Below, piece by piece: positions 42,979 through 53,810 of a stretch of DNA of 64,000 bases. Position 1 is the stretch's first letter. Each line of letters opens with the position of its first letter. A program made the translations under genes and the position numbers. The notes under the pieces are model-generated. The model ran no database searches and was not told the DNA's origin. It saw nothing but the letters and a program-made list of their open reading frames with translations. Location: positions 32,001-96,000 of the forward strand of contig CAVUHW010000031.1 in assembly GCA_963741205.1 (NCBI GenBank), in the 5' to 3' direction. The DNA comes from Nitrospirota bacterium (GTDB lineage: Bacteria > Nitrospirota > UBA9217).

Positions 42979-44102
42979 TGCGGTCGTTCTCCTTCTCACC
43001 AATCATTCTGCCGGGACGCCCACGGGAAATCGTACATACGGGAATTTTCCTGCTCTGGATCGGATTGTTGTGTCTACCGGCGTTGGCTTCCGCTTCTGAA
43101 AACATTCGAGTCGCACTGGCGGACCATCGAAAGAACGTCGTGGTCAGGTCCGACTCCGGGCTCGTCATGGAGGGCCGGCCGGGTTCCGCGAAAAAAAAGC
43201 TCGTATTCAACGCGGCGACCATGAGCGCCGCGCCCGTGCGCGTAAAATCAGCGGGTGAGTTTGTTTCCGTGAACGGCAGGGTGTACCGGGGCTGGATGGA
43301 AATCAGGAAACAAGGCGACGGCCTGCTGGTCATCAACGACCTCGATATCGAAGACTATCTGCAGGGCGTCGTCGCCTCCGAGATCCCCCATGACTGGCAG
43401 TACGAGGCCTTAAAGGCGCAGGCCGTGGCAGCGAGGACCTACGCCCTGTATCAGAAAAAAACAGCGGGCCGCAGGCTCTATCATGTATCGGCGACCGTTG
43501 CCAGTCAGGTCTATGTCGGCCGCGAGGGTGAACGGCCGCGCGCGGCCCGGGCCGTAGAGGACACGAGGGGCCTCGTAATCGTGTACCACGGAGAGATCAT
43601 TCCCGCTTTCTTCCATGCGAGCTGCGGCGGCCATACCGAAAACGCCATCGAACTCTGGGGCATCGACGTGCCGTACCTGCAGGGCGTCGATTGCGACTGC
43701 CAGGAAATATCCCGGTACGGGCTTTGGGAAGTCAGGGTCGGCAAGGCGCAGATCATAAGCGCCCTGCGGCAAATGGGATATCACGTGGGCGAGATCCTGG
43801 GCATAGACATCAAGGGTATCACGCCCGCGGGCCGGGTCAGGGAGGTCGTCATTCGGACTTCGAAGGGGAAAAGATTTGTTCCCGCGGAGTCGCTCCGGGC
43901 CGCGCTCGGGAACACGCTGATCCCCAGCGTGTTTTTTGAGCTGGCCCTGGAGGGGGATGAGGCGGTCTTTTCGGGAAGGGGGATGGGGCACGGAGTCGGT
44001 CTCTGCCAGTGGGGCGCTGAAGAGATGGCGGAAAGGGGAAATGACTTCGAGGCCATCCTGGCCCATTATTACCCGGGTACGGACCTGATGCGGCTGCCGT
44101 GA
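42978..44102 (+). CDS. SpoIID/LytB-domain protein
   Basis: EDYLQGVV.SE, EALKAQAVAARTYA, GHGVGLCQWGA, HYYPG. Confidence 0.9.
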   Translation: MRSFSFSPIILPGRPREIVHTGIFLLWIGLLCLPALASASENIRVALADHRKNVVVRSDSGLVMEGRPGSAKKKLVFNAATMSAAPVRVKSAGEFVSVNGRVYRGWMEIRKQGDGLLVINDLDIEDYLQGVVASEIPHDWQYEALKAQAVAARTYALYQKKTAGRRLYHVSATVASQVYVGREGERPRAARAVEDTRGLVIVYHGEIIPAFFHASCGGHTENAIELWGIDVPYLQGVDCDCQEISRYGLWEVRVGKAQIISALRQMGYHVGEILGIDIKGITPAGRVREVVIRTSKGKRFVPAESLRAALGNTLIPSVFFELALEGDEAVFSGRGMGHGVGLCQWGAEEMAERGNDFEAILAHYYPGTDLMRLP

Positions 44103-44260
44103 CCGCCGACACAAAACACGAGCGTGCCGGCATCATTTCTCTTGACTCGCATCATTCATCACTATAAGATATTTTTTTATTCCGGAGTAAGCCGTCTTAA
44201 CCGCGGAACTTTGAAGCGAACGTCCCGGCTGGTGTCAAGCCCCGGGGCCGTGGAGTATCA

Positions 44261-45073
44261 ATGGCACGCATGAAAAAACCGTCGAAGCAGAACGTCTCTG
44301 CGCCTCCCCTGGAACAAAGGGACGGTTCCCTGATGGTCGCGGTGGCCCTGTTTCTGCTCATCATCGGGGCACTGGCCGCCGCAGCGTATACGAGAAACAG
44401 CATTTATCGCACGCATGTGACGCTGTGGGAGAACGTCACGACGAGATCGCCGAACAAACGGAGGGCGCACGAAAACTTCGGCCAAGCCTTGTCCACGGCC
44501 GGCTCGCTCTCACGCAGCCAGGACGAGGCCAAAAAATTGTACGATGAGGCGCTGCGTCAGTTCCAGATGGTCATGAGCCTGAAGGACGACGGGAGTGTTC
44601 CGATGCGCGACCTGTACCGGGAGGTCGGGGTGGTTTATTTCCGTCTGGGGCAGTTTGACGATGCGATCACCGCCTGGGAAACGGGGTTGCGTCATGCGCC
44701 CAATGATCCTAGCCTCTTGAACAACTTGTCCGTCGCCTTTCTGCAAAAAGGCAGGATTGCCGAGGCGGCCTCGGCAGCCCAAACAGCGCTCACCGTCGAC
44801 CCGAACATGCCGCAGGCCTTGAACACCCTGGGGCAGGCGTATATGGCTAAAGGAGATTACGAAAAAGCGGTCCAGTATTTTCTGAAGGCCCTGGAACGGG
44901 AGCCGGATGTGCCTGCGCGGTACTGGAACGTCGCCATCGCCCTGGAACAGGCGAAAAAGTACGACATGGCGCTTCAATATGCAAGTACCTATGCGTCCAT
45001 GGAACCGGACCCCGCAGGGCGTCAGAGGGCTCAGCAACTCGTGGAACATCTGAAAAAGATGACGGGACGATGA
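44261..45073 (+). CDS. Membrane-anchored TPR protein
   Basis: One TM segment, RN..Y...LW....SP motif, several TPR repeats. Confidence 0.8.
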   Translation: MARMKKPSKQNVSAPPLEQRDGSLMVAVALFLLIIGALAAAAYTRNSIYRTHVTLWENVTTRSPNKRRAHENFGQALSTAGSLSRSQDEAKKLYDEALRQFQMVMSLKDDGSVPMRDLYREVGVVYFRLGQFDDAITAWETGLRHAPNDPSLLNNLSVAFLQKGRIAEAASAAQTALTVDPNMPQALNTLGQAYMAKGDYEKAVQYFLKALEREPDVPARYWNVAIALEQAKKYDMALQYASTYASMEPDPAGRQRAQQLVEHLKKMTGR

Positions 45074-45157
45074 ATCGGGTAGTGTACGAATTAGCTGTTC
45101 GAACCTTCATTTCGCTTCAGGGAGCTTCACGGGAGGAGGACAACGAACGACCGTCAT

Positions 45158-45879
45158 TTAACCGCAGGCATCAGGGCTGCAGCTTACCCGGTTCCTGCCG
45201 TTTCTTTTTGCGGCATAGAGTGCGTCGTCGGCTTTTTTAACAAACTCCTCAAGGCCGCTGTCGCCCGCATCCGCCATGCAGGCCACGCCGAGGCTGATCG
45301 TCACTCTGTTCTCCACTTGCGCGTTGCCGACGATAAATTTTGATTCCGCGACCGCCCTCCTGAGCCGCTCGGCCACTTTGCAGGCGTCGGATAACTCCAG
45401 TTCCGGCATGATAACGGAGAATTCCTCTCCCCCGTACCTGCAGCAACTGTCGATGGTGTTGCACCGCATTTGGTTTTTTATGATTCCTGCCAGTTCCCTG
45501 AGGATCATATCCCCTGCCTGATGTCCGTAGTCATCGTTGAACTGCTTGAAGTGATCAATGTCGATCATCAGAGCGAGAGAGGCTTTTGGTTCCTGCCGCG
45601 CCGGCCGATTTCCTGCGACAACTTTTCCTTGAACATGCGGTGATTATAGAGGCCGGTAAGGCCGTCATGCTGGGACAGCTGCTGTATTTTTTCGAAGAGG
45701 CGGGACCTCTCGATGCCGGCTGCAAGCTGGTGCGACAGGATGGCCATGAAATCCATGTCTTCGACGCTGAGGCCGTATTTGGTTCTATTGTCCAATTTTC
45801 TCTCGTGCCTGTTCATCGCCCATGGGTGCCCGGGTATGGCCGTTTGTGCATCGCGACGAGGGATTATCCTGAAGAACAT
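45158..45879 (-). CDS. GGDEF diguanylate cyclase with a partial GAF remnant; frameshifted and possibly 5'-truncated
   Basis: HDGLTGLYN, DIDHFK.FND.YGH..GD, RYGGEEF, ADDALY.AK..GRN. Confidence 0.75.
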
Positions 45880-46006
45880 GTTCTACAGCGGAGAACCGGT
45901 CGTCAGGACGACTGGCGTAGCTCGTCGGGGCCGTTGATATGTCCGTATGATCGGTGTTGACCCGCCGGTCCGTCGTCCTTTTCAGGATTAACGCAACAAC
46001 CCGTCT

Positions 46007-46795
46007 CTAGTTTACCCTGGGTTTCGCCGGCTGGATCGGAATCGCTTTGGTCTTCGCCTGAGGGGCAGCCGGAGCGGGCGTTGCCGGAGCCGCGAGCGAA
46101 CGGGCCTCCCGGGCGGATTCATGGTTGAACGCGGAGGCCTGAGCCGCAGGCGGGTTCTCTATAATGAGGACGGTTTTGCGGGCCTTTAATTTGGACCCGA
46201 GATCCGGTTGTTTCGACGAGTAGGCCGCGGCTATCAGCGCATTCTGGTCCACGCCTTTCTTTTCAAAATGCTTCACCAGCGCCGCGGACCGGTCAGCCGC
46301 GAGCGTTCTTGCATCTTTTGCCGGGATCTTTTTTCTGCCTTTGCCCTGGGCCGGAACGGCCTCTGTCGTGTTGCCTATGACGATTTCCTTGCCCTTCAAT
46401 TCGTTGCTCTTGAGCAGCGTTTCGAGTTTCTGGAGAAGGTTCTGGCTCTCTTTTGAGTTTGAAAAGGTGTAGGAACCGGGCATATAAAGCGCATCCTCGG
46501 CGATATTCACGACGACTCTGTGGTCCGCGACAGACACCTCTGCCTTGCCAGCCTTTATTTCATCGCGCAGACCCGAGATCATAGCGTCGGCCGCGGGTTT
46601 CAGCCAGGCCGTCTCCGCGCTTTCCTTGTCCTTATACCGCTTCAGCTCTGCCTTCGTCCTGTCGAGTTCGCGCATGCCGGCCTTCATTTTCTCATGTTCT
46701 GCCGCCATGGGTTTGAATGTGTTGAGATAAAACTCCGCTGAAGAACCGACCGCAACGATGAACAGCGCAATGAGAACGTAGATGACGATTTTCAT
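46007..46795 (-). CDS. Degenerate MotB/OmpA-like membrane protein
   Basis: N-terminal TM and coiled coil; EI..G...V, IVIGNT, LAADR..ALV resemble the MotB C-terminal domain. Confidence 0.55.
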   Translation of the reverse strand: MKIVIYVLIALFIVAVGSSAEFYLNTFKPMAAEHEKMKAGMRELDRTKAELKRYKDKESAETAWLKPAADAMISGLRDEIKAGKAEVSVADHRVVVNIAEDALYMPGSYTFSNSKESQNLLQKLETLLKSNELKGKEIVIGNTTEAVPAQGKGRKKIPAKDARTLAADRSAALVKHFEKKGVDQNALIAAAYSSKQPDLGSKLKARKTVLIIENPPAAQASAFNHESAREARSLAAPATPAPAAPQAKTKAIPIQPAKPRVN

Positions 46796-46855
46796 GATTA
46801 TCGCAGAACCCCCTTTGAGAGTCTATTTTCAGCGTTAGCGCGAAAGGCCATGGGA

Positions 46856-48049
46856 TTACTTCAGCATGCCCGCTGCCTTTTCTATCCGGTCAAGCCCCTT
46901 CCGGATGTTTTCCATGGATGTCGCATAGGAGAGACGGATGTACGCGTCGGCGCCGAAGGCGTCGCCCGATACGAGCGCTACGTGGGCGTCTTCGAGAAGA
47001 TAGGCGGCGAGGTCGGACGAATTATTGATGACCTTCCCGTTCGCGCTTTTCCCGTAGAGCGACGAGACCCTGGGAAAGGCATAAAACGCACCGACCGGCA
47101 TCAGGCAGGATATTCCCGTCATGGCGTTCAGACGCTGGACCATGTACCTTCTCCTCTTGTCGAATTCGACATTCATGGTCCGGATAAAGTCCTGGGGCCC
47201 GCGTAGCGCCTCGACCGCCGCCTTCTGCGAAATGGAAGCGGGGTTTGAAGTGCTCTGGCTCTGGATGTTCGCCATGGCGGAGAGGACGTCTTTGGGGCCG
47301 GCCGCATAGCCGATGCGCCAGCCGGTCATGGCGTGGGACTTTGATACGCCGTTGACCACGATCGTCAGGTCTTTTATCTCCGGGCCGAGCGACGCGATGC
47401 TGACATGCGTGAAACCGTCGTAAAGGAGTTTTTCATAAATCTCGTCCGAGATTACGTACAGGGCGTGCTTGACCGCCACGGCCGCTATTTCTTCAAGCGT
47501 CTTCCGGTCGTAGGCAAGGCCGGTGGGGTTTGAAGGGCTGTTCAGCACGAGCGCCTTGGTCTTCGGAGTGACGGCTTTTTCAAGTTTCTTCGCAGACAGC
47601 TTGAACCCCTCTTCCTCCGTGGTTCGCACAATGACCGGTACGGCGTCATTCAGCAAGACCTGGTCGGGATAGGAGACCCAGTAGGGAGAGGGGATGATGA
47701 CCTCGTCGCCCGGGTCGAACAAGGCCTCGGCGACATTGTAGAGGCTGTGTTTGGCCCCGCAGGAGATCAGCACCTGCGATTTCTCATAGGAGAGGCCGTT
47801 GTCCCTCTTGAATTTCTCGATGACCGCTTCTTTCAGTTCATCGGTGCCGCCTGCGGGGGTATATTTCGTGAAGCCCCGCTCAATGGCCTGAATGCCGGCG
47901 TGTTTGACGTTATCCGGCGTGTCGAAGTCCGGCTCCCCGACCCCGAAATCCACGACGTCGATCCCCTGCGCCTTCATGGCCTTCGCCTTTGCGGCGGTGG
48001 CCAGCGTGGGGGAGGGTTTGACGGCGAGCGCCCGTTTGGCAATTCCCAT
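46856..48049 (-). CDS. aspC: Class I PLP-dependent (aspartate) aminotransferase
   Basis: GEPDFDTP, NSPSNPTG, SDEIYE, SKSHAMTGWRIG. Confidence 0.88.
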   Translation of the reverse strand: MGIAKRALAVKPSPTLATAAKAKAMKAQGIDVVDFGVGEPDFDTPDNVKHAGIQAIERGFTKYTPAGGTDELKEAVIEKFKRDNGLSYEKSQVLISCGAKHSLYNVAEALFDPGDEVIIPSPYWVSYPDQVLLNDAVPVIVRTTEEEGFKLSAKKLEKAVTPKTKALVLNSPSNPTGLAYDRKTLEEIAAVAVKHALYVISDEIYEKLLYDGFTHVSIASLGPEIKDLTIVVNGVSKSHAMTGWRIGYAAGPKDVLSAMANIQSQSTSNPASISQKAAVEALRGPQDFIRTMNVEFDKRRRYMVQRLNAMTGISCLMPVGAFYAFPRVSSLYGKSANGKVINNSSDLAAYLLEDAHVALVSGDAFGADAYIRLSYATSMENIRKGLDRIEKAAGMLK

Positions 48050-48230
48050 GCTGATAGCAGACCCTTTCTGTACCTGAAGTTTGTTGTTACGAAGTTTAAT
48101 TTTTTTAGCATAGAAGCAGAGCAAAGTCAATCGGTTTCTTGAGCTGTGACCCGACGGATCTATTGAAGAAGACGCGGGAAGACGCGCGGTAGGCGTCCGC
48201 ACGGTACCCCTTGCCCGTCTTACTCCCCGG

Positions 48231-48259
48231 TTGCAAAGTCGGATGAAGTATGATACTAT
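48231..48259 (+). promoter_or_regulatory. Sigma70-type promoter for the YvlD-ECF transporter operon
   Basis: TTGCAA-17 nt-TACTAT with extended TG. Confidence 0.45.
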
Positions 48260-48433
48260 TTTTTCACCTGAAACGTCTTTCACCAAAGCTTCTCCCCTCG
48301 ACGGGGAGGAAAAGCTTGCTCTCGAATGATTTCATCGGCGGGGCGGGGGTGATGATTGAGAGGCCGATAACCTTCGATGTTCACTACCCATGGTGAACGC
48401 CGTTTCACGGCCTGTTTTCGTGGGGGAGGCTTC

Positions 48434-48835
48434 ATGTTCGGATTTTTTCTGCGCTGGTCGATCAATCTGCTCGCGCTTATCATTGCCGGGTCCGTGACAC
48501 CGGGGATCAGGATACAAAGCATCCAGATGGGGATTCTCGCCGCCGGCATCCTCGGCGTCGTGAACGCGGTGATCAGGCCCGTCGTCCTCATTCTTACCCT
48601 CCCGATCAATCTTCTCACGCTCGGGCTGTTTACGCTGGTGATCAATGCCGCACTGCTCAAACTCGTCGCGGACCTCGTGCCCGGCTTCGTTATCGAGTCC
48701 TTCGGCGCGGCGTTCATCGGCGCACTGGTGATCAGCCTGACCAGTTGGGTCCTCAACCTGTTCGTGAGCGGCGACGGGACCTTTATCTTCATCAAGCGGG
48801 TGCCGAAAGGCGGAGACCGCGGTATTCGGCGATGA
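48434..48835 (+). CDS. YvlD/phage holin family IV-like 4-TM membrane protein
   Basis: VNAVIRP..LTLP..LTLGLF..VINA motif. Confidence 0.85.
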   Translation: MFGFFLRWSINLLALIIAGSVTPGIRIQSIQMGILAAGILGVVNAVIRPVVLILTLPINLLTLGLFTLVINAALLKLVADLVPGFVIESFGAAFIGALVISLTSWVLNLFVSGDGTFIFIKRVPKGGDRGIRR

Positions 48836-48863
48836 GGGGGATGATCGCCGGGAGCGGCGCGCT

Positions 48864-49562
48864 ATGACGCATATGCACATACCGGACGGGGTTTTGCCCG
48901 TCTGGCTCTGGGGTCTTGGATTTCTCGTCATGTCCCTCATCATGAGTTTCAACCTGATCCGGCTTCGGACCATGGACATGAAGAAAAAAATACCCCTGCT
49001 CGGCGCTCTTTCCGCGGCGATGCTCGTGGGCATGAGCCTGCCCACGGAAATAATCCTTCCCGGATACCACATCAATCTGTCGGTTGTTACCGGTATTCTT
49101 ATCGGTCCGTCCCTGGGATTCGTTGCGGCGTTCATTGCAAACCTGATATTGGCGCTCATGGGTCACGGCGGCATTACGGTCATCGGCCTCAATACCCTGC
49201 TTCTTGGATCAGAGGCGGTTCTCGGCCATACCTTTTTTTATTTTTTCAAGGGGATTCCTTTTTTCTGGCGGGCCGCTCTTGCTACGGTTTTGACCTTGTT
49301 TATCACGACGCTGTTCCTCATCGGTTTCGTCGCGATGTCCCATCTTAATCCGGAATTGCTCCATCATGGCGAAGAACACGGACATGAACTTCAGTCGAAC
49401 GGATCGGTGGCAACCTTTGCCGTGCTGGTCCTCTCGATTGGCGCGGTCGGCTGGATCATCGAAGCGGCGATTACGGGCGTCGTGATCAAATTTATTTCCC
49501 AGGTGAAACCCGATATGCTCGGTCACACGCTGCATACGGACAGGGACGCAGCGAAACATTGA
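48864..49562 (+). CDS. cbiM: ECF Co/Ni transporter substrate component
   Basis: MHIPDG motif, H...GILIGP, GHGGIT.IGLN; His-rich loop. Confidence 0.82.
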   Translation: MTHMHIPDGVLPVWLWGLGFLVMSLIMSFNLIRLRTMDMKKKIPLLGALSAAMLVGMSLPTEIILPGYHINLSVVTGILIGPSLGFVAAFIANLILALMGHGGITVIGLNTLLLGSEAVLGHTFFYFFKGIPFFWRAALATVLTLFITTLFLIGFVAMSHLNPELLHHGEEHGHELQSNGSVATFAVLVLSIGAVGWIIEAAITGVVIKFISQVKPDMLGHTLHTDRDAAKH

Positions 49563-49572
49563 GGGGACGGAC

Positions 49573-50279
49573 GTGATCGACGTTGCAAGAATCGACCACT
49601 GGGCGGCGAGCGGTTCCGGACCGCTGCACCGGGCTTCACCGATCGCTAAAATCATCTTTCTTGCTGCTCGTGGTATGCGCCGCCGTTATTTCAAAAAACC
49701 CATATTCGCTGACAGCAGGGTTACGGAATGCTTATTCTTGTGGCCGCCCTGGCAAGGCTTCCCTGGGCGAGGGTAATGGCCCTTTCCTGGTATGCCGCGG
49801 TGTTCGCGCTTTTGTACAGTCTCACGCTGCGGGGAGGGGCACTGATCCGTGCGCTTTTTATCATGAAGGCGATCACACCGTCCTTCGCCATGCTGATGCT
49901 CATCGTGAGCACGCCCTATCCGAAGATATTTTCCCTGCTCAGTTCGGTCCTCCCCGAAATACTGGCGGCGGGGCTGTTCATGACATACCGGACGCTCTTC
50001 ATACTCCTTGACATGATGGACAGTTTCGCGGCCGCGATCCGGCTGCGCGGCGGCTTCTCCCCCGGCAGCCTGTTTAAAAACAGCGCCAATATCTCACGAG
50101 GCATAGCGATGCTCCTGGTGAGGGCGGTCGAACGGGCTTCGCGTCTGTACGCGGTCATGGCCGTCCGGGGATACAACGGCAGCATGGCGGAGAAAGGCGA
50201 TATCGAGATTCGACCGACGGACTGGCTGCCGCTTGCGACGGGAGGAGCGGTCCTCATAATGGTCATGGTCTGGAACTAG
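49573..50279 (+). CDS. cbiQ: ECF transporter T component (frameshifts)
   Basis: S.LH...P..K start, TYR, AMAVRGY. Confidence 0.78.
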
Positions 50280-50321
50280 CCTCCGATCCTTCAGAAAAGG
50301 TACGTTACGCGGTCACCAAGC

Positions 50322-51191
50322 ATGAACAGTAACCATTTATTGCGTCTCTCGGAAAATACGGCGGAGCCCGTTGTCCGCGTGAGTTGTCTCAAACACACTT
50401 ACCCGGATACCACGGAAATCCATATGTGCGGTCTTGATTTCGTGGTGAACCGGGGCGAGCGCGTCGTCATCCTCGGCGGTAACGGCTCCGGGAAAACGAC
50501 GCTTCTCTACCACATCCTCGGACTGCTCGCCCCCGATGAAGGCAAGGTAACCGTATTCGGGATCAACCCCGCCGATAAGTACAGCACGGTCCGCGAACGG
50601 ATCGGCGTCCTTCTCCAGAATGTCGACGACCAGATACTGTCGCCCACCGTCTGGGATGACGTTTCCTTTTCACCCAGAAATTTCGGGTATGGTAAGGAAG
50701 AGACCGGCCGGATGGTCGAAGGGATCCTGGCGGAACTCAGCATAGGGCACCTTCGCGACAAGATTTGCCACTACCTCTCGGGCGGAGAAAAAAGAAAGGT
50801 AGCTTTGGCCGGCGCGCTTGTTTTGCGTCCCGAACTGCTGATCCTGGACGAACCGTTCGAGGGGCTCGACAATCGGTCCCGTGCCGAATTGGTGACGCTG
50901 CTCAATAAATTCAACGGGGAAGGCATGACGATCATGATGTCCACCCATGACCTCAACCTGGTCGCGGCGTTCGCCGACCGCGTGTATGTCCTCGGCAGGG
51001 GACACGGCGTAATAACCGCTGGTACGCCGTCGGACATTTTTTTGCAGGCAGACGCGCTCCGGGAATCCAATATCGATCCGCCGCTCCTCACGGAGCTTTT
51101 TCTCAAGCTGCGGGAACGCGGCGTCGTGGTAGATGTCCCCATTCACATCGACCAGGCGGTGAACGACCTGGTCCGGCTCGTCCATGGCTGA
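50322..51191 (+). CDS. cbiO: ECF transporter ATPase
   Basis: GGNGSGKTT, LSGGEKRKVALAG, LDEP. Confidence 0.85.
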   Translation: MNSNHLLRLSENTAEPVVRVSCLKHTYPDTTEIHMCGLDFVVNRGERVVILGGNGSGKTTLLYHILGLLAPDEGKVTVFGINPADKYSTVRERIGVLLQNVDDQILSPTVWDDVSFSPRNFGYGKEETGRMVEGILAELSIGHLRDKICHYLSGGEKRKVALAGALVLRPELLILDEPFEGLDNRSRAELVTLLNKFNGEGMTIMMSTHDLNLVAAFADRVYVLGRGHGVITAGTPSDIFLQADALRESNIDPPLLTELFLKLRERGVVVDVPIHIDQAVNDLVRLVHG

Positions 51192-51360
51192 TGGGCCGGC
51201 ATGGAGACGGCCAGAGTCCGCGGCCAATGCAAAGATGCGGAAGGCCGGAGGCCATTGAAATTTTAAATTTCCCATTTTCAGTCTGCAATTCCAATCTCCC
51301 GCGATGCGGGACTCTACCGGCCTGCCGCGATTTGATCGCGGCTTGTCCGGGTCAGGAGGC

Positions 51361-52620
51361 ATGATGATGCCGCAGGACGGCTTTGAACACAAAAAAGGCA
51401 GGTTGATTTTCCTGGTCGCGCTTGTTCTCGGTGCCGCGTTCTCGGTCGGAGCATTCTCGGGTATTTTGCCGCGCGCGGTGAAAGTCGCGGGTTCCTGCGG
51501 TTTCTCGCGCTCGTTCCGCTCATTCCGCTTAGCGCCTATCTTCTGTACCGGATAAACATTTTCCCCTCCTATCGCCGTCTGGAGGACGACAACCTCGAAC
51601 TGCATCTCAAGCAGGAGGAGCTTCTGGACATCAAGGACGACCTGTTCATCAAGTTTCTCGGCGTATACGACGTCAACTTTGCGGCCAATTCCCCGAGGCT
51701 CTTCGCCGACCGTCTGACGGACGTCGCCGATATCACGGCCAGGGTCATGGGGGCCGACGCATGTTTCGTCTTTCTCTATGACCGGAAAAAGGACGATCTC
51801 GTCCTTTCGGCGACCAACGGTGTGCCGGAGGCTGCAATCGGAGCCGTGCGTATTCCCCTGGGCGAGGGACTCGAAGGATGGGTGGGGCGGCGGCTTGAAC
51901 CGCTCATGCTGAAGGACTTTCGCGCCGATGCGCGGTATCGCGAGACTGCCGGCATGGCGCTGGGCGACTACCAGTCGGTCTACTGTCTGCCCCTCTACGT
52001 TTATTCCAACAGGGCCCTCGTCGGGGTCATGGAGGTGTTTTTCCGAAAGGCAAAGGAATTTACGGACGAGGAAATCAATTTCTTCACGACGCTGACCGGC
52101 ATGCTCTCGACCACGATCCAGAACGAACAGATGCAGGCCGAATTGCGGAAGATGAACATGGAGCTGGAGCAATGGGTGGCGGAAAAAACCGAGGAACTGC
52201 GGGCGTCGGAAGAACGATACCGTACCCTGGTGGAAAACGCCTGCGAATCGATTTTCCTGCTCACCGGAAACGGCGACATCGTTTTTGCAAACGAGCAGGG
52301 CGCACGGCTCACCGGATTTGCCAAGTATGAACTCCTGCATAAGAACTTTTTCGAGCTTTTCGTCGATCCCGCAGAACCGCGGGAGATCCTGACTGACGTG
52401 GCGCAGGGACGCCAGTCGCTCAGGCACGGTGACTTGAAGCATGGCCGGCGGAGGCATCGTTCCGGTTGAGGTGAGCGCCGTCGGGCTGTCGCTCATGGGA
52501 AAGAGGTTCGTCCAGGCAGTCGTTCGAGACGTCTCGACGCAGATGCGTCTCGAACAGCTTCTTGAGGAAAAAGAACGGGAATTGGCCGCTCTCAGGGCCG
52601 GCTACGGAGACATCAAGTAA
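51361..52620 (+). CDS. TM-GAF-PAS sensor protein with no obvious output domain (frameshifts)
   Basis: GEGLEGWV GAF, SEERYRTLVENA PAS entry, VRDVS PAC end, then a short coiled coil and TAA. Confidence 0.65.
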
Positions 52621-52732
52621 GGACCGCCTCGCCCTTTTTGGTTCGTTTTATTTTTACCTTTACAGGGATCATGGCCTGTGGTATAAATTATGCATATGGC
52701 GGCCGTACGGGCCGCCATATGCTCTTGTGAGT

Positions 52733-53302
52733 GTGACGGTGATCAGAACAGTTACGAAGATCCTCGCGGTGCTCTTCATCGCAGGCGCATGCATCTACGG
52801 CGGTTATCTGCTTGTTCGGGGGAGCGGAAATGCCCATTCCTGCTCTGCTTCCTCCGGCCCCGGGTCCCCGTCTCATCATGAGCATGGAAAAGTTTACGTT
52901 TGCGCAGTCGGATAAAGCGGGGTCTGCGTGGGTTGTAAACGCCAGAACATGCCGATCTCTACGAAAACAAGGAAGCTCAGCTGAAAGAGGTCCGGATCGT
53001 TTTCAAGAATCCCGATAAGAAAGAGGCGACAATGATCGGCGACCTGGGGACCATGGACACGGGAGCGGCAACGCCTCCCTGCGCCGCAGTACACGAGGAA
53101 GTCAGGATCGTGACGAGCGACGGTTATCTTTTGACCACGAATTCGTTATTTCTGGAAGGCCGGCGAACGGCAGGTCTGGACAACGGATCCGTTCAAGCTG
53201 TTGGGCAGCGAGATCTATCTCGAGGGGGTCGGCATCACGGCTGATGTCGACATGCGCACGATCGTGGTGAAGAACAATGTTAAGGCGGTACTTCAGGAAT
53301 AG
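52733..53302 (+). CDS. lptC: LPS export protein LptC (multiple frameshifts; boundaries approximate)
   Basis: N-terminal TM, DGYLLTTNSL, GVG..AD beta-jellyroll motifs; position before lptA/lptB. Confidence 0.6.
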
Positions 53303-53796
53303 CCTGCTCATCATCGCGTCTGTCCTCGGCTCACGGCGGAGCCCGTCCTTTGCCGCACAGCGCGGAGAAAAAAGAAGTGGCGGAACCGATCGTGATCACC
53401 TCCGACCGCATGGAGGCTGAAAAACTCGGCGATAAGGTGACCTTCACCGGGAAAGTGACACTCAAAAAAGAAGGGATGACGCTGATCGTCGGACTCGATG
53501 ACTGTTTTTTATGATCCCGGTTCGAAGAACATCCGGGAGGTCGAGGCCCACGGGAAACGTCGTGGTCCGCAAGGAAGGCAGGGTCGCGCTGGCTAATAAG
53601 GCAATCCTACTCTCTGCCGTGAAGAAAAAATCGTACTGACCGGAGACGCCCGCATCATCGAGAACGAAAACCAGACTCGGCGGCGAAAAAATAATCCTGT
53701 TCCTGCGCGACGACCGCAGCATCGTCGAAGGCGGAAAGGTCTTGCTCTATCAGCAGCAGATAGACAAAGCGAACGGAGACAAAACCGCAGAAGTAA
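53277..53796 (+). CDS. lptA: LptA/OstA-family periplasmic protein (multiple frameshifts; end approximate)
   Basis: [24 protein letters not shown] motifs. Confidence 0.65.
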
Positions 53797-53810
53797 TCGA
53801 AAAGGAATAC

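Noticed and set aside
48434-48835. Phage holin indicating a prophage
   Set aside because: YvlD-like family is common in chromosomes; no phage genes in the window
50670-52496. 608-aa minus-strand ORF and other long antisense ORFs (e.g. 27023-28405, 30437-31666, 54890-56113)
   Set aside because: Shadow frames of well-supported opposite-strand genes in GC-rich DNA; no recognisable motifs
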